Counted from the stretch's first letter, positions 6,898-17,400 are shown. The stretch is 41,608 nt of DNA from Patescibacteria group bacterium (GCA_049274945.1 JBASTP010000012.1:1-41608), one strand, 5' to 3'. Notes: generated from the sequence alone by a model not told the origin. Program-made: numbers and translations.

Positions 6898-7644
6898 ATG
6901 GAGAATCAAAAAAATATCCAGCAATCTGCCGCTGAAAATATCGCCAAGGTAACAAAAGCCGGGGCACAGGCTGTTACTGTTTACGAAATATTCAAATCAA
7001 TAATTTGGATTGTTGTTTCTATACCGATTGCAATCTATCTAATCTCTTTCGGAGTTCCGTGGTATTTTATTATTCCGATTCCCATTATCGGGATAGTATT
7101 TGCTCTACTTAGTATGATTTCGATTCGCCGAATATCTGCAGTCAATTTGGAGCATAGCAATCTTACGGCTCCCCAGGTAAGTGTGCCCATTGAACCTAAT
7201 GAGAAGGTCGTCGATTACATTCCGGGGATAATAAAAACAGGTTTTGGCCTCCGTGGTTATGAGGTGCTGGGCGCTGGGAAAATTCTCGATTCGGAGAACC
7301 TGATGCTATTAACCAATGCGTCGGTGCTATTTGTCACGATTCCGCTGCCGGGCGGCGATAAAATTATTCAAGCTATCGATATACCGATGTGGCAATGGTT
7401 GGCAGCCAGTAAGGAAATTGATCAAAAAGCCAAGGATCTTATTTCATCATATTCACTCATGCAAATGCAGCAGCTGAATATGATTCGGGCAGGAGTTGCG
7501 TTGCAAACATTGGACAGGGTGAAGATAAATAATATTTTCGGGAGTATTACGTTCGTCACAAAGACCGGGGAAAAATACTCATACTCTATTAGAAATAAAG
7601 AAAATAGAGAAAAAGCAAAAAATTTGTTCGCCCAGTTTTTATAA
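6898..7644 (+). CDS. hypothetical membrane protein (AT-rich island)
   Basis: 248 aa with two or three TM helices near the N-terminus. Codon usage and GC differ from the flanking backbone. Confidence 0.5.
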   Translation: MENQKNIQQSAAENIAKVTKAGAQAVTVYEIFKSIIWIVVSIPIAIYLISFGVPWYFIIPIPIIGIVFALLSMISIRRISAVNLEHSNLTAPQVSVPIEPNEKVVDYIPGIIKTGFGLRGYEVLGAGKILDSENLMLLTNASVLFVTIPLPGGDKIIQAIDIPMWQWLAASKEIDQKAKDLISSYSLMQMQQLNMIRAGVALQTLDRVKINNIFGSITFVTKTGEKYSYSIRNKENREKAKNLFAQFL

Positions 7645-7893
7645 CATCAGCAGCGTACCGTTACCACCTTCCTCGTTCCACCACGATGGTGGAAGTACAG
7701 TTTGACCTGCGAGATTTCCATCAAGGCTCTCCACACTTCGCTAAAGTTTCGTCTAGTGAGCAATCGTTACTTTTATACTAGTTAGGTCTCATGAGAAAAG
7801 TGATAGTCTTAAGATAAGAACGCTGTGAAACTATAAAAAACAGAAAAATTAGGTTTCTTGATTTTTTCAATAAGGGAGACTAAAATTTAGACA

Positions 7894-8349
7894 ATGATTT
7901 TAGCACAAAAAAAACAACTCGAATCTTGGTACCACATTGCACGTGTGCTTACAATTTTTGCATTATTTTTTTCTGTGGGCGGGTTGTCTTTCTTCAAAAA
8001 TACTGAAGGTGCAATAATTTTTGTGGTAAGTCGGGTTGCTATTTTTTGGCCATTGTATCTAATTGGAACTCTTGAATTAAAAAATAGACTTGAACTTCTT
8101 CAGAACCAAAAAGAAATAAAAGAGAGATCGAAAAATTGGGCTGCGATCATCGGTTTTATTTTAGGGATCACTGCTGTTCTTTTCGGATTTGGTACTATAC
8201 CATCGGTTTTGATCAGTGCTTACGGCCTTACCAAACATAACCTCGGTAAAGGAGGTAAATGGTATGCCATAGCTGGTTTAATACTAAGCCTTTCGACATT
8301 GTTTATTGTTGGTGGAATTTTAGGAAAAACTCTGATCAACACAAAATAA
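7894..8349 (+). CDS. hypothetical small membrane protein (AT-rich island)
   Basis: 151 aa with four predicted TM segments. Confidence 0.45.
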   Translation: MILAQKKQLESWYHIARVLTIFALFFSVGGLSFFKNTEGAIIFVVSRVAIFWPLYLIGTLELKNRLELLQNQKEIKERSKNWAAIIGFILGITAVLFGFGTIPSVLISAYGLTKHNLGKGGKWYAIAGLILSLSTLFIVGGILGKTLINTK

Positions 8350-8350
8350 A

Positions 8351-8725
8351 TCAAGGGTCACGTAATATTCCTTTGAGACGATCAGTTACAGTCTTGAAGC
8401 ATATCGAAGTTTTATAATTTTTTTCCTCGACTGCTGCGTAGAGCAAACATGGGATATAATATCCAGAACTCGAAATAACAAACCATAATCGCCCCCCTTT
8501 TGATGGTGGAGTGATGGGAGTCGTTATTTTTATCCTGTCCTTACAAACTATATACCCCGGTCGGTTAGCTATCTGGCAAGATAAGCGTCCAAGTTCCCCG
8601 TATTGATTTGAGTGCGCGCCAAAATAAATTTCTAAATCCTTTATTAGTGATTTAAATCTTTTAAGTCGCCTAATATCATGTTCTATCAAGCTATTGCCGT
8701 AATGTTTTAGGTTTCGTCCTTCCAT
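8351..8725 (-). CDS. hypothetical basic protein, candidate toxin partner of the upstream Panacea-domain gene
   Basis: 124-aa ORF immediately downstream of the DUF4065 gene on the same strand, overlapping it by 35 nt. No recognisable domain. Confidence 0.3.
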   Translation of the reverse strand: MEGRNLKHYGNSLIEHDIRRLKRFKSLIKDLEIYFGAHSNQYGELGRLSCQIANRPGYIVCKDRIKITTPITPPSKGGRLWFVISSSGYYIPCLLYAAVEEKNYKTSICFKTVTDRLKGILRDP

Positions 8726-9308
8726 CCCGACTCAACTTTATATCAACTCGATTCATGAGTTCAGCGAATTGGTTTGAACCGAATAATTTAGTTGCTTCCG
8801 GATTCTCTAAATCCAAATCATCTTCCTGATCTTCGATATAATGAGCCAAATCATAATCAATTATCTCGCCCGTATTTTTAGTAGCCAGATAAGGGAAATC
8901 GGAATGCGATATTTCGCTGATCTCTCGAGGGTAAAGACCCTTGTAGGCTTCATTAATTGTATTAATAGTCAACAACTCTGATTCAGAAAAATGTTCACTA
9001 GGTTTTATGTCTGGATTAGCAATTGCAAAGTTTTTTTGGATGGCACCATAATAATTAGAACTAATTAAACAAGTAATTAAGCCTTCTCTTTCCATCTCTT
9101 TAAGAATTTTTGGTAACTCCATGATTGTTGGCCCATAATTGTTCTTACGATAGGTAAAGCCAGTAATAGCTTGATTAGTTTTTTGGAAGTATCGGAAATC
9201 GCAGAAATATAAAAGTTTCTGCAGTTTTGTTTCAGTTAATTTATCGTTATTATATTTCTGAAAAATATAGAGAATTAAGTTTCTGAGTTTATTTTTATTA
9301 ATCCTCAT
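8691..9308 (-). CDS. Panacea (DUF4065) domain protein, PanA/SocA-like antitoxin
   Basis: 205 aa. KLQKLLYFCDFRYFQKTNQAITGFTYRKNNYGPTIMELPKIL matches the Panacea core (LQKLLYF ... F.Y..YGP). Confidence 0.6.
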   Translation of the reverse strand: MRINKNKLRNLILYIFQKYNNDKLTETKLQKLLYFCDFRYFQKTNQAITGFTYRKNNYGPTIMELPKILKEMEREGLITCLISSNYYGAIQKNFAIANPDIKPSEHFSESELLTINTINEAYKGLYPREISEISHSDFPYLATKNTGEIIDYDLAHYIEDQEDDLDLENPEATKLFGSNQFAELMNRVDIKLSRDGRTKPKTLRQ

Positions 9309-9491
9309 TGTTAGTCCTCATTCCTTTCCCCAAGTATACAAGCAAATATCAAATTATAGCAAGCTTAGGCAGCAAACATATGAATATTTTCTATTCTAAG
9401 GTCATTTGTTGATAATTCCTGCAATTTGCCCGATCATTTACCTACTAAAAATTGAACCCACCCAACTCTATCCCTAAACGCCACCTTTAGT

Positions 9492-9520
9492 TTGACAAAC
9501 CGTCCATTTTGTGGTATACT
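9492..9520 (+). promoter_or_regulatory. consensus sigma70 promoter TTGACA-17-TATACT for the DEAD-box helicase (about 85-nt 5' UTR)
   Basis: tTTGACAaaccgtccattttgtggTATACTatagg. Confidence 0.6.
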
Positions 9521-9608
9521 ATAGGTTCGTATTGATAGATGAATGCCGAGCTCTGGTTTATTCTCGCTGTTCATCACGACACGAGTAGTAAACTGAGGTA
9601 TTCATTAT

Positions 9609-10835
9609 ATGCCTATTTCTTTTGGTGGATCTGGTAGATCCGGATCATTTAGGAGCCGGAGAGGCGGAAATACGTTCCGTGGTAGCCGGTCGTTCAATAA
9701 CCGCGCTCGCCGCTTCCAAGGCACCTTTATTCACCCCAGCCGGTTTATTAACAAAGCTCGTGATGTGGAGCAAAGGTCTGAGTTTGTCCCCCAGCACAAA
9801 TTTAGCGATTTTGCGATTTCCGATGCGCTCAAGCGCAATATTTCAGCGCGCGGCTACACTACCCCTACTCCTATCCAGGATAGTGTTATCCCGCTCGTTC
9901 TTGAGGGTAAAGATGTCATAGGGCTCGCCAACACCGGCACCGGCAAAACCGCCGCGTTTATTGTTCCGATTATCAACTGGTTGCAAACGAACCAAAAAAC
10001 CGAGGCCGTGCTGATTGTGGCGCCAACGCGCGAACTGGCCCAGCAGATTGACGAAGAGTTTCGGGTATTTTCAGGTGGATTACGGTTATTTTCCGCGCTT
10101 TGCATTGGCGGCGCCAGCATGCACCGGCAAATTATGGCGCTTGCCAGGCACCCGCACGTGGTGATCGGTACCCCGGGTAGATTGAAAGATTTAGTGGAAC
10201 AAAACCGCCTGCGGCTGGGTAATAGCCAGATATTGGTGCTCGATGAAGTCGATCGCATGATGGACATGGGGTTTATCAACGACATCCGATTCCTCATTGG
10301 CAAATTGCCGGGCGTCAAACAATCGCTGAGTTTTAGCGCCACGCTCACCCCTACCATCAGCCGGCTGGTCCAGGGTATTATGCGCAATCCGGTTACCATT
10401 TCCGTACGAACGTCTGAAACCGTTGATACCGTTGAACAGGATGTGCTTCGGGCAGGATCCAAAGAGCAAAAAATACGGATGCTAACTGATCTCCTGCGAC
10501 AGCAGGATTTTGAGAAAGTGCTGATTTTTGGCCAAACCAAGCATGGCGTTCAGCGCCTTGCCGAGGATCTCACCAAGTCCGGCCACCGGGCGGAAGCAAT
10601 TCATGGTAATAAGTCCCAGCCCCAACGCGAACGGGCCCTCCGGGCGTTCAAGGATAACCGGGTACGGGTACTCGTGGCCACCGATGTGGCGGCGCGCGGC
10701 CTGGATATTCCCGATGTGAGCCACGTGATTAACTTTGATCAACCCAACACCTACGAGGACTATATTCACCGCATTGGCCGCACGGGCCGGGCGGGGAAAA
10801 AGGGCCAAGCCCTCACGTTCGTGAACTCGTATTAA
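9609..10835 (+). CDS. DEAD-box ATP-dependent RNA helicase with an N-terminal RGG/RS-rich tail
   Basis: 408 aa. Q-motif TPTPIQ, Walker A ANTGTGKT, DEVD (DEAD-variant) box, SAT, HRIGRTGRAG. GAGG RBS. Confidence 0.9.
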   Translation: MPISFGGSGRSGSFRSRRGGNTFRGSRSFNNRARRFQGTFIHPSRFINKARDVEQRSEFVPQHKFSDFAISDALKRNISARGYTTPTPIQDSVIPLVLEGKDVIGLANTGTGKTAAFIVPIINWLQTNQKTEAVLIVAPTRELAQQIDEEFRVFSGGLRLFSALCIGGASMHRQIMALARHPHVVIGTPGRLKDLVEQNRLRLGNSQILVLDEVDRMMDMGFINDIRFLIGKLPGVKQSLSFSATLTPTISRLVQGIMRNPVTISVRTSETVDTVEQDVLRAGSKEQKIRMLTDLLRQQDFEKVLIFGQTKHGVQRLAEDLTKSGHRAEAIHGNKSQPQRERALRAFKDNRVRVLVATDVAARGLDIPDVSHVINFDQPNTYEDYIHRIGRTGRAGKKGQALTFVNSY

Positions 10836-10842
10836 CTTAAGG

Positions 10843-11040
10843 GGTGTGGCTCGGCCCGGTACCGTATGGTATGGGGCTCGGGTACCGCCTCAGGCGTGCG
10901 CTCTATCCTTCGGACCCTTCGCTTCGCTGCTTGGTAGCTCCTGCCCACTTCTGGTGGGTCCCGTCGTCCAGGCAGCTCAGCGGGGCAGGAGCACTTCGCT
11001 TCCTGTGGCGCTAGCAACCCGCCCTCAGCTGGTACCCTTC
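10843..11040 (+). ncRNA. GC-rich, highly structured non-coding region (candidate 6S-like or other sRNA)
   Basis: Nested helices: gggtaccg..(10878-10895) pairs with ..ggtaccc (11010-11028). A 10-bp apical helix gctcctgccc/gggcaggagc lies inside. Same-sense repeats cttcgcttc on both strands would stay unpaired as a bubble. Only spurious overlapping ORFs are present. Confidence 0.3.
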
Positions 11041-11094
11041 GCCACCTGTCAAATATTTTCATAAAGTATTTTTTCAGGTAGAATGAATCGTAAC

Positions 11095-11166
11095 GGCGCC
11101 ATCTTCTAGTGGTTAGGAAACCGGGTTTTCATCCCGGAAACGCGGGTTCGATTCCCGCTGGCGCTA
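11095..11166 (+). tRNA. tRNA-Glu (anticodon TTC)
   Basis: Acceptor ggcgcca/tggcgct (G1-U72). D loop tagtggttagg. Anticodon stem ccggg/cccgg with loop ttttcat. T arm gcggg-ttcgatt-cccgc. Confidence 0.7.
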
Positions 11167-11167
11167 C

Positions 11168-11884
11168 ATGATCAAGGGCGCGGTTATTCTATTGCTCGCG
11201 TATCTTGTATACACAGTAGTAAAATCAGCAATTCTGCTGCGCCAGGGTAGCCGGTTGATCATCGATAGTAATTTTAACAATAGCTATACCCTCGGCGACC
11301 CAAAAAATCCCGAACTCACCTATCTTGTGTTAGGCGACAGCACGGCGGTTGGAGTTGGGGCGTCTGATCTGCAACATAGCTACCCGTATGCCGTAGCCCA
11401 GTAGCTATCTGGGCAAGGCAGTTCTGTGCGAGTCGTTACGATTGCTAAAAGTGGCGCAACGGTGGCTGATGTCGTGGCCGAACAACTTCCCAAAATTGCC
11501 GAAATTAAACCCGATATTATTTCTATTTCAATTGGTGGCAACGATGCTACCCATATGACGGGTCTCGTGAGTTTTGAAAAAGATATGAGAACAATTATCG
11601 CCGCGCTCCAGCAATCCGGCGCTGGGCAAGTGCTCTTCGGTTCTACCCCCAACATGTTCGCCATTCCCGCGCTGCCGCGCTGGTTTTCTTGGCTGGCTGG
11701 CCGCCGGAGTATCGAGCAAAATGAACTAACCAAAAGCCTGCTGCCGGCATCGTTCCACTATGTTGATATTTTCAACAAGGCGCGACTCGAAGGGTTGCCC
11801 GATTATGCTCAAGATTGGTTCCACCCCAACGATAAAGGCTACGAGCGCTGGTCTAAGGCATTTAAGGGCTTGATTGCCAAATAG
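11168..11884 (+). pseudogene. SGNH/GDSL hydrolase interrupted by one in-frame TAG (11402-11404)
   Basis: ORFs 11168..11404 and 11426..11884 share one frame. Block I LVLGDSTAVGVGAS lies before the stop. Block II KSGATVADV, block III IGGNDA and block V DWFHPNDKGY lie after it. ATG is 2 nt after the tRNA-Glu 3' end. Confidence 0.55.
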
Positions 11885-11972
11885 TAATGTGGTAGACTAA
11901 GAAGTGTCAGGTTTCTATTTCTGGGAATAGGTCGCATGACAATATAAGTATTATCGAATTATAGGAAAATAT

Positions 11973-12230
11973 ATGGCAAAAAAATTGTATGTTGGCGGTT
12001 TGTCCTACGATACCACTGAGGAAGGCTTGAAAACCGCGTTCGCGCAGGCCGGAACCGTGGAATCAGCGGTTATCATCATGGACAAAATGTCTGGCAAGCC
12101 AAAAGGTTTTGGTTTTGTTGAGATGTCGTCCGATGAAGAAGCGACAAAAGCCATCGAAATGTGGAACGGCAAAGAGCTCGATGGTCGCACCATTGTGGTC
12201 AACGAAGCTCGCCCTCGCGAAGAACGGTAA
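11973..12230 (+). CDS. RRM-type RNA-binding protein
   Basis: 85 aa with RNP-2 (LYVGGL) and RNP-1 (KGFGFVEM). Confidence 0.85.
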   Translation: MAKKLYVGGLSYDTTEEGLKTAFAQAGTVESAVIIMDKMSGKPKGFGFVEMSSDEEATKAIEMWNGKELDGRTIVVNEARPREER

Positions 12231-12257
12231 TCGTCTGCCGTAGGATTCAAAAGCAAA

Positions 12258-12290
12258 ACAGTCCCGAGCGAAGTCGAGGGACTGTTTTGT
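12258..12290 (+). terminator. rho-independent terminator after the RRM gene
   Basis: ACAGTCCC-gagcgaagtcga-GGGACTGT followed by TTTTG. Confidence 0.65.
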
Positions 12291-12362
12291 GTGTGCGTGA
12301 TACAATACGGCTCAGTGTCAATCGCTTCGACAAGCTCACGATTGACACTGAACAAGGTTGAA

Positions 12363-14339
12363 GTGTCAAAAGTTTTTTCACTCAAATCTAATTACCAGCC
12401 TGCCGGTGACCAGCCGCAGGCAATCAAGAAGCTTATCGCTGGCCTCAAAAAAGGTGCTCAGTATCAAACGCTGCTGGGCGTAACCGGCAGTGGCAAAACA
12501 TTCACGGTTGCCAATATTATCGCGGCGCTCAACCGGCCAACTCTGGTGATTTCCCACAATAAAACGTTAGCCGCGCAGCTCACCCAAGAGTACCGCTCGT
12601 TCTTTCCGGAAAACGCCGTGGAGTATTTCGTGAGCTACTATGATTACTACCAGCCCGAAGCGTACGTGCCCCAGACCGACACGTACATTGAGAAAGAGGC
12701 GATGATCAACGAGGAAATTGACCGCTTGCGCCACGCTGCCACCCAATCGCTCCTTACCCGAGCTGATACCATTGTGGTGGCTTCGGTCTCCTGCATTTAT
12801 AATATCGGCGCGCCAGAGCTCTACGAATCGGTGGTATTGGAACTCTGGCCTGGCAAGGAAATTACCCGCGAGGTGCTGATCGCGCGGCTGGTGGAAATGC
12901 ACTTTATTCGCAATCAATCCGATCTCAAGCGAGGTACCTTTTCGGCGCGCGGCAACGTGGTGGATATCATGCCGGCAAACGAGGAGATGGTATACCGATT
13001 AGTTTTAGACGGTACTACGGTTTCGGGGTTGGCACTCCTTGATCCAGTCAGCAGGCGCATTAAACAAACACCCCAATACTTACGAATCTACCCGGCCCGT
13101 CACTACGTAACCGATAAATCACGCTACGACAGGGCAATCGCAGGCATTACCGCTGAGCTGCAGCAGCAGTTAAAGAAATTGCGTTCGCAAAATATGTTAC
13201 TAGAAGCAGAACGGCTTGAGCGCCGCACCAAGTACGATTTGGAAATGATTGCAGAAGTGGGATACTGCAACGGCATAGAAAACTACTCACGGTACTTTGA
13301 CGGCAGGCAGGCCGGCGATCCGCCGCATTCGCTACTGGAATACTTTCCAAAAGAATCGCTCGTCATTATTGATGAGTCGCATGTTACCGTGCCGCAGATT
13401 GGCGCCATGTACGAGGGCGATCGCTCGCGCAAGCAAACTTTGGTAGAACACGGCTTTCGGCTGCCCTCGGCGCTTGATAACCGGCCGCTCAAGTTCACCG
13501 AGTTTGAGCGGCAAATTAACCAAGTAGTTTTCACTACCGCGACCCCCGGCCCCTACGAGTTTGGCCATTCGTCGGAGATTGTTGAACAGATTGTTCGACC
13601 AACTGGGCTGATTGATCCGGAGGTACTGGTAGTGCCGATCGCCGGCCAAATTGACGATTTGACCAAACGGATCGACGAGCGAATTAAGAGGAATGAACGG
13701 GTGCTCATAACCACCCTCACCAAGCGCATGGCAGAAGATCTCTCGACATTTCTTAAAGATAAAAATTATAAAGTTCACTACCTTCACTCGGAAGTTGACA
13801 CCATCGATCGGATTGAAACGCTCACCAGTTTGCGCAAAGGCATCTACGATGTGTTGGTTGGCGTTAACCTGCTCCGTGAGGGTCTGGATTTGCCCGAGGT
13901 TTCTTTGGTGGCAATTCTCGATGCCGATAAAGAGGGTTTTCTCCGCTCGCAAACGTCGCTCGTTCAAACCATCGGCCGGGCGGCCCGTAATGTTTCCGGA
14001 CAAGTTATCCTCTATGCCGATACGGTTACCGGCTCAATGGAGCGGGCGATGCGAGAAACCAACCGGCGCCGGCGGCTGCAGCTTGAGTACAATACGAGCC
14101 GCGGCATCACCCCCCAATCGATCCAAAAGAACATCGAAGACATTACCGATCGGTTGATTGGCGTGAAAGAATCTAAAAGGGTTCGAGCGCTCATTGAACT
14201 GGAGAAACTCGACAAACTGAACATTCCTAATGTCGTCAAGCAAAAAGATAAAGAAATGCGGGTAGCTGCCAAGGAACTCGATTTCGAACTGGCCGCCCTG
14301 CTGCGCGATGAGATTATTGAACTCAAGAAGTTAGCGTGA
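12363..14339 (+). CDS. uvrB: excinuclease ABC subunit B
   Basis: ORF-track frame 12291..14339, but the 12291 start overlaps the terminator hairpin. In-frame GTG at 12363 after aagg gives [21 protein letters not shown], the canonical UvrB N-terminus. Walker A GVTGSGKT, helicase motifs, and the C-terminal UVR motif ([15 protein letters not shown]) are present. Confidence 0.85.
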   Translation: MSKVFSLKSNYQPAGDQPQAIKKLIAGLKKGAQYQTLLGVTGSGKTFTVANIIAALNRPTLVISHNKTLAAQLTQEYRSFFPENAVEYFVSYYDYYQPEAYVPQTDTYIEKEAMINEEIDRLRHAATQSLLTRADTIVVASVSCIYNIGAPELYESVVLELWPGKEITREVLIARLVEMHFIRNQSDLKRGTFSARGNVVDIMPANEEMVYRLVLDGTTVSGLALLDPVSRRIKQTPQYLRIYPARHYVTDKSRYDRAIAGITAELQQQLKKLRSQNMLLEAERLERRTKYDLEMIAEVGYCNGIENYSRYFDGRQAGDPPHSLLEYFPKESLVIIDESHVTVPQIGAMYEGDRSRKQTLVEHGFRLPSALDNRPLKFTEFERQINQVVFTTATPGPYEFGHSSEIVEQIVRPTGLIDPEVLVVPIAGQIDDLTKRIDERIKRNERVLITTLTKRMAEDLSTFLKDKNYKVHYLHSEVDTIDRIETLTSLRKGIYDVLVGVNLLREGLDLPEVSLVAILDADKEGFLRSQTSLVQTIGRAARNVSGQVILYADTVTGSMERAMRETNRRRRLQLEYNTSRGITPQSIQKNIEDITDRLIGVKESKRVRALIELEKLDKLNIPNVVKQKDKEMRVAAKELDFELAALLRDEIIELKKLA

Positions 14340-14390
14340 TAAAGTGGCCTTACTAGGTAAGTAGTAGGCCCCGAAAGGGGAATTTTTGCT

Positions 14391-16892
14391 ATGTCGCAAG
14401 ATAAAATTATTATCAAGGGCGCCCGCGAGCACAACCTAAAAAATATCTCGCTGACGCTGCCGAAAAACAAGATGATCGTGTTCACCGGCGTGTCAGGATC
14501 GGGAAAATCGAGTCTGGCTTTTGATACTATTTTTGCCGAAGGTCAGCGGCGATACATCGAAAGTCTTTCGGCGTACGCACGGCAATTCCTTGGGCAAAAA
14601 GACAAGCCCGACGTTGATTCGATCGAGGGGCTCTCGCCGGCAATTTCGATTGATCAAAAAGGCGCTCACCACAACCCGCGCTCAACTGTGGCCACCATCA
14701 CCGAAATATATGATTACCTGCGGGTGCTGTATGCCCGCATCGGCAAACCCTATTGCCCCAATTGCGGCCGGCCGATCGAGAAAATGACCGTTGACGAAAT
14801 GATCGACGTCATTACCGAAAAATCAAAAGGCGTAAAACGAGTGTTGATTCTTGCGCCAGTCGTGAGAGGCAGAAAAGGGGAGTACCACCAACTGCTCTAC
14901 GATCTCTATATGGAGGGTTTTACCAAGGCACGGGTGAATGGCGAGATCAAACCACTGGGCGAACGGATTGTGCTGGCACGGTACAAAGCTCATACGATTG
15001 ACGCGGTAATTGATGAAATCGAAGTGGCAAATCCCCTACCCCAAGCCCGTATTACCGAATCGGTCGAACTGGCACTTACGAAAGCTGATGGCTTGGTTAC
15101 CGTAGTTTTTGAGCGTTCAGGCAAGCCCGAGGAAATTACCATTTCTTCACGGTTCACGTGCAGTTTTTGCAACCTCTCATTTGTCGAAATTGAGCCGCGG
15201 CTTTTTAGTTTTAATTCACCTTACGGCGCGTGTTCGGTATGCCATGGCTTAGGAACAGAATACTTTTGGACGGAAGACCCGTGCCCGGGCTGCGATGGCG
15301 CTCGGCTGCGCAAAGAAGCGCTTTCGGTTAGGCTCGGCGACAAAAATGTCGTTGAGGTAACTCGGCTTACGATCGAGACCGCTAAAAAGTTTTTTGAGAG
15401 CCTCAATCTTAGCGAACGGCAGCTTTTCATTGCCGAGCGCCTGCTTAACGAAATTGCTAACCGCCTGCAGTTTATGATGAACGTTGGCATTGGTTACCTT
15501 ACCCTGGAACGCAGAGCCGGTACCCTTTCGGGGGGCGAAGCCCAGCGCATTCGGCTTGCCTCGCAAGTCGGCTCGCGGCTCACCGGCGTGCTCTATGTGC
15601 TCGATGAGCCGACCATTGGTTTACACTCCCAGGACAACGAACGACTCGTTACCACCCTCCTTGCATTGCGCGATCTTGGCAACACGATGATTGTGGTTGA
15701 GCACGATGAGGATACTGTCCTCGCGGCGGATTACTTGGTAGACATCGGGCCGGGCGCCGGGCGGCTGGGTGGTGAGATAGTTGCCGATGGCACGGTAGCC
15801 GAGGTCATTAAGAAAACCGACACGTCGCTTACCGCGGCCTACCTATCTCACAAAAAACAGATTGCGTTGCCCGAGCATCGGCGCACTGCCCGTGAGCGCT
15901 CGATCGATATTATTGGGGCGACCGCCAATAATCTTAAAAACATTGATGTGGCAATTCCTCTGGGCATTCTGGTATGCATTACCGGCGTTTCGGGATCGGG
16001 CAAGTCATCGCTCATTGACGATATTTTGTACAAAGCGCTCGCCAACCGCCTGAATGGCGCGAGTTATAAAGTAGGTAAACACAGCCGGATCGAGGGGCTC
16101 GATGAAATTGACAAAATTATTATTATCGATCAATCGCCGATTGGCCGCACCCCCCGCTCTAACCCTGCCACGTACACCGGCACGTTCACGCCAATTCGTG
16201 ATTTATTTACCGCATTGCCAGAGGCCCGCGAGCGGGGCTACCGCCCCGGCCGGTTCAGTTTTAACGTACCGGGCGGCCGGTGCGAAGCCTGCGAGGGTGA
16301 CGGCTACCAAAAAATCGAAATGCACTTTTTGCCCGACGTCTACGTGCCGTGTGAAGTGTGCAAGGGTAAGCGGTTTTCGCGCGAAACATTGGAGGTAAAG
16401 TTCAAAAATAAATCAATTGCCGATGTGCTCGATCTCACGGTTGATGAAGCTGCCGAGCTTTTTTCAAACATTCCCCAAATTGGCGACAAGCTCAAAACCT
16501 TGCAAGATGTGGGCTTGGGTTACATTAAACTCGGCCAATCGGCCACTACCCTTTCCGGCGGCGAAGCCCAGCGCGTGAAACTTTCCACCGAACTTTCCAA
16601 GCGCGCCACCGGCCGCACCCTCTATATTTTGGATGAGCCAACGGTGGGTTTGCATTACGAAGATATTAAGCACTTGATCGCCGTGGTGCAGCGGCTCGTC
16701 ACCCACGGCAACAGCGTGATTGTGATTGAGCATAATCTTGAGGTAATTAAAAACGCTGATTGGGTGATTGATCTCGGGCCTTCGGGCGGCGTCGCCGGTG
16801 GTAAATTGGTAGCCCAAGGCACGCCGGAGCATATTGCCAAACAAAAAACCGCCACCGGGGAGTTTCTGCACAAAAAACTCAGCAGATCTTGA
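14391..16892 (+). CDS. uvrA: excinuclease ABC subunit A
   Basis: 833 aa with two ABC ATPase modules ([10 protein letters not shown] twice), zinc-finger Cys clusters, and LSGGEAQR signatures. Confidence 0.9.
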   Translation: MSQDKIIIKGAREHNLKNISLTLPKNKMIVFTGVSGSGKSSLAFDTIFAEGQRRYIESLSAYARQFLGQKDKPDVDSIEGLSPAISIDQKGAHHNPRSTVATITEIYDYLRVLYARIGKPYCPNCGRPIEKMTVDEMIDVITEKSKGVKRVLILAPVVRGRKGEYHQLLYDLYMEGFTKARVNGEIKPLGERIVLARYKAHTIDAVIDEIEVANPLPQARITESVELALTKADGLVTVVFERSGKPEEITISSRFTCSFCNLSFVEIEPRLFSFNSPYGACSVCHGLGTEYFWTEDPCPGCDGARLRKEALSVRLGDKNVVEVTRLTIETAKKFFESLNLSERQLFIAERLLNEIANRLQFMMNVGIGYLTLERRAGTLSGGEAQRIRLASQVGSRLTGVLYVLDEPTIGLHSQDNERLVTTLLALRDLGNTMIVVEHDEDTVLAADYLVDIGPGAGRLGGEIVADGTVAEVIKKTDTSLTAAYLSHKKQIALPEHRRTARERSIDIIGATANNLKNIDVAIPLGILVCITGVSGSGKSSLIDDILYKALANRLNGASYKVGKHSRIEGLDEIDKIIIIDQSPIGRTPRSNPATYTGTFTPIRDLFTALPEARERGYRPGRFSFNVPGGRCEACEGDGYQKIEMHFLPDVYVPCEVCKGKRFSRETLEVKFKNKSIADVLDLTVDEAAELFSNIPQIGDKLKTLQDVGLGYIKLGQSATTLSGGEAQRVKLSTELSKRATGRTLYILDEPTVGLHYEDIKHLIAVVQRLVTHGNSVIVIEHNLEVIKNADWVIDLGPSGGVAGGKLVAQGTPEHIAKQKTATGEFLHKKLSRS

Positions 16893-16956
16893 CTTTTCAA
16901 GCCAAACACAGTAATATAGTCCAGATTATAAATTCACAATCAGGAGGGGATGAAAA

Positions 16957-17325
16957 GTGAATAATCCGGAGTCATTACCAACCCTTGTGGTGACTGCTGA
17001 TCGAGAATCTCAAGTCATCACTCATTTGGCGATTGAGGTAGTAGGAGATGAACTAATTGGTTTGGGTAAGCTGAATAACAATTGGTATCGAAATCCTACT
17101 TTAACCACAAAAATTCTGTGGTATTTCCTAGAGCACCCGAATGTTAGAATTCGATCTTGTGATATTGCGGAAATCTTCAAGATCAATCCATTACGGGCTA
17201 GTTCCCTGGTTCAAGCGCTGACTAAGAAATTGCCCGGTCTGGTCCTCAAAGAAGGTGGACGGATCAACGAATACTGGTTAGAAATTAAGGAGATTAGGTG
17301 GAAGGATCCGAGTGGATACTTCTAG
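16957..17325 (+). CDS. hypothetical protein, possible winged-helix DNA-binding
   Basis: 122 aa. AGGAGG 8 nt upstream of the GTG start. Confidence 0.4.
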   Translation: MNNPESLPTLVVTADRESQVITHLAIEVVGDELIGLGKLNNNWYRNPTLTTKILWYFLEHPNVRIRSCDIAEIFKINPLRASSLVQALTKKLPGLVLKEGGRINEYWLEIKEIRWKDPSGYF

Positions 17326-17351
17326 GATTATTACCTAAAGGTGGATACATA

Positions 17352-17378
17352 GCCGACCAGGGTTGGTCGGTTTTTTTT
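17352..17378 (+). terminator. rho-independent terminator
   Basis: CCGACC-agggt-TGGTCGG followed by TTTTTTTT. Confidence 0.7.
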
Positions 17379-17400
17379 GCCTAAAATTACAATGCTATCT

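Noticed and set aside
9854-10540. Long antisense or out-of-frame ORFs inside well-supported genes (for example 9854..10540 -, 10482..10808 -, 12567..12917 -, 13332..14003 -, 14012..14485 -, 16464..16871 -, 20631..21002 -, 21911..22264 -, 26792..27193 -, 31427..31999 +, 32441..32836 +, 36951..37415 -, 4151..4597 -)
   Set aside because: Each overlaps a gene with strong motif support on the other strand or frame. Translations are low-complexity with no motifs and no RBS.
10843-11040. Assignment of the structured region to SRP RNA, tmRNA or RNase P RNA
   Set aside because: It lacks the SRP domain IV motif (GGAA tetraloop with AGCAGC bulge), the tmRNA tRNA-like ends and resume codon, and RNase P conserved regions, and it is too short for RNase P. 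Only a 6S-like rod remains plausible, with low confidence.
10832-11064. ORFs 10832..11062 (-) and 10846..11064 (+) in the GC-rich region after the helicase
   Set aside because: Mutually overlapping, low-complexity Pro/Ala/Arg-rich translations in a highly self-complementary GC-rich segment. Better explained as structured RNA.
11402-11404. Genome-wide stop-codon reassignment (TAG read as sense)
   Set aside because: This is the only in-frame stop among about 50 genes in the window. All others terminate with standard stops where homology predicts.
12291-12362. ORF-track start for uvrB at 12291, MTase at 36147, first ORF at 365, and copB at 33318
   Set aside because: These 5' extensions overlap a terminator hairpin (uvrB) or a consensus promoter (MTase), lack an RBS (365), or begin with TTG (copB). 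Internal GTG/ATG starts with RBS or canonical N-termini are preferred.
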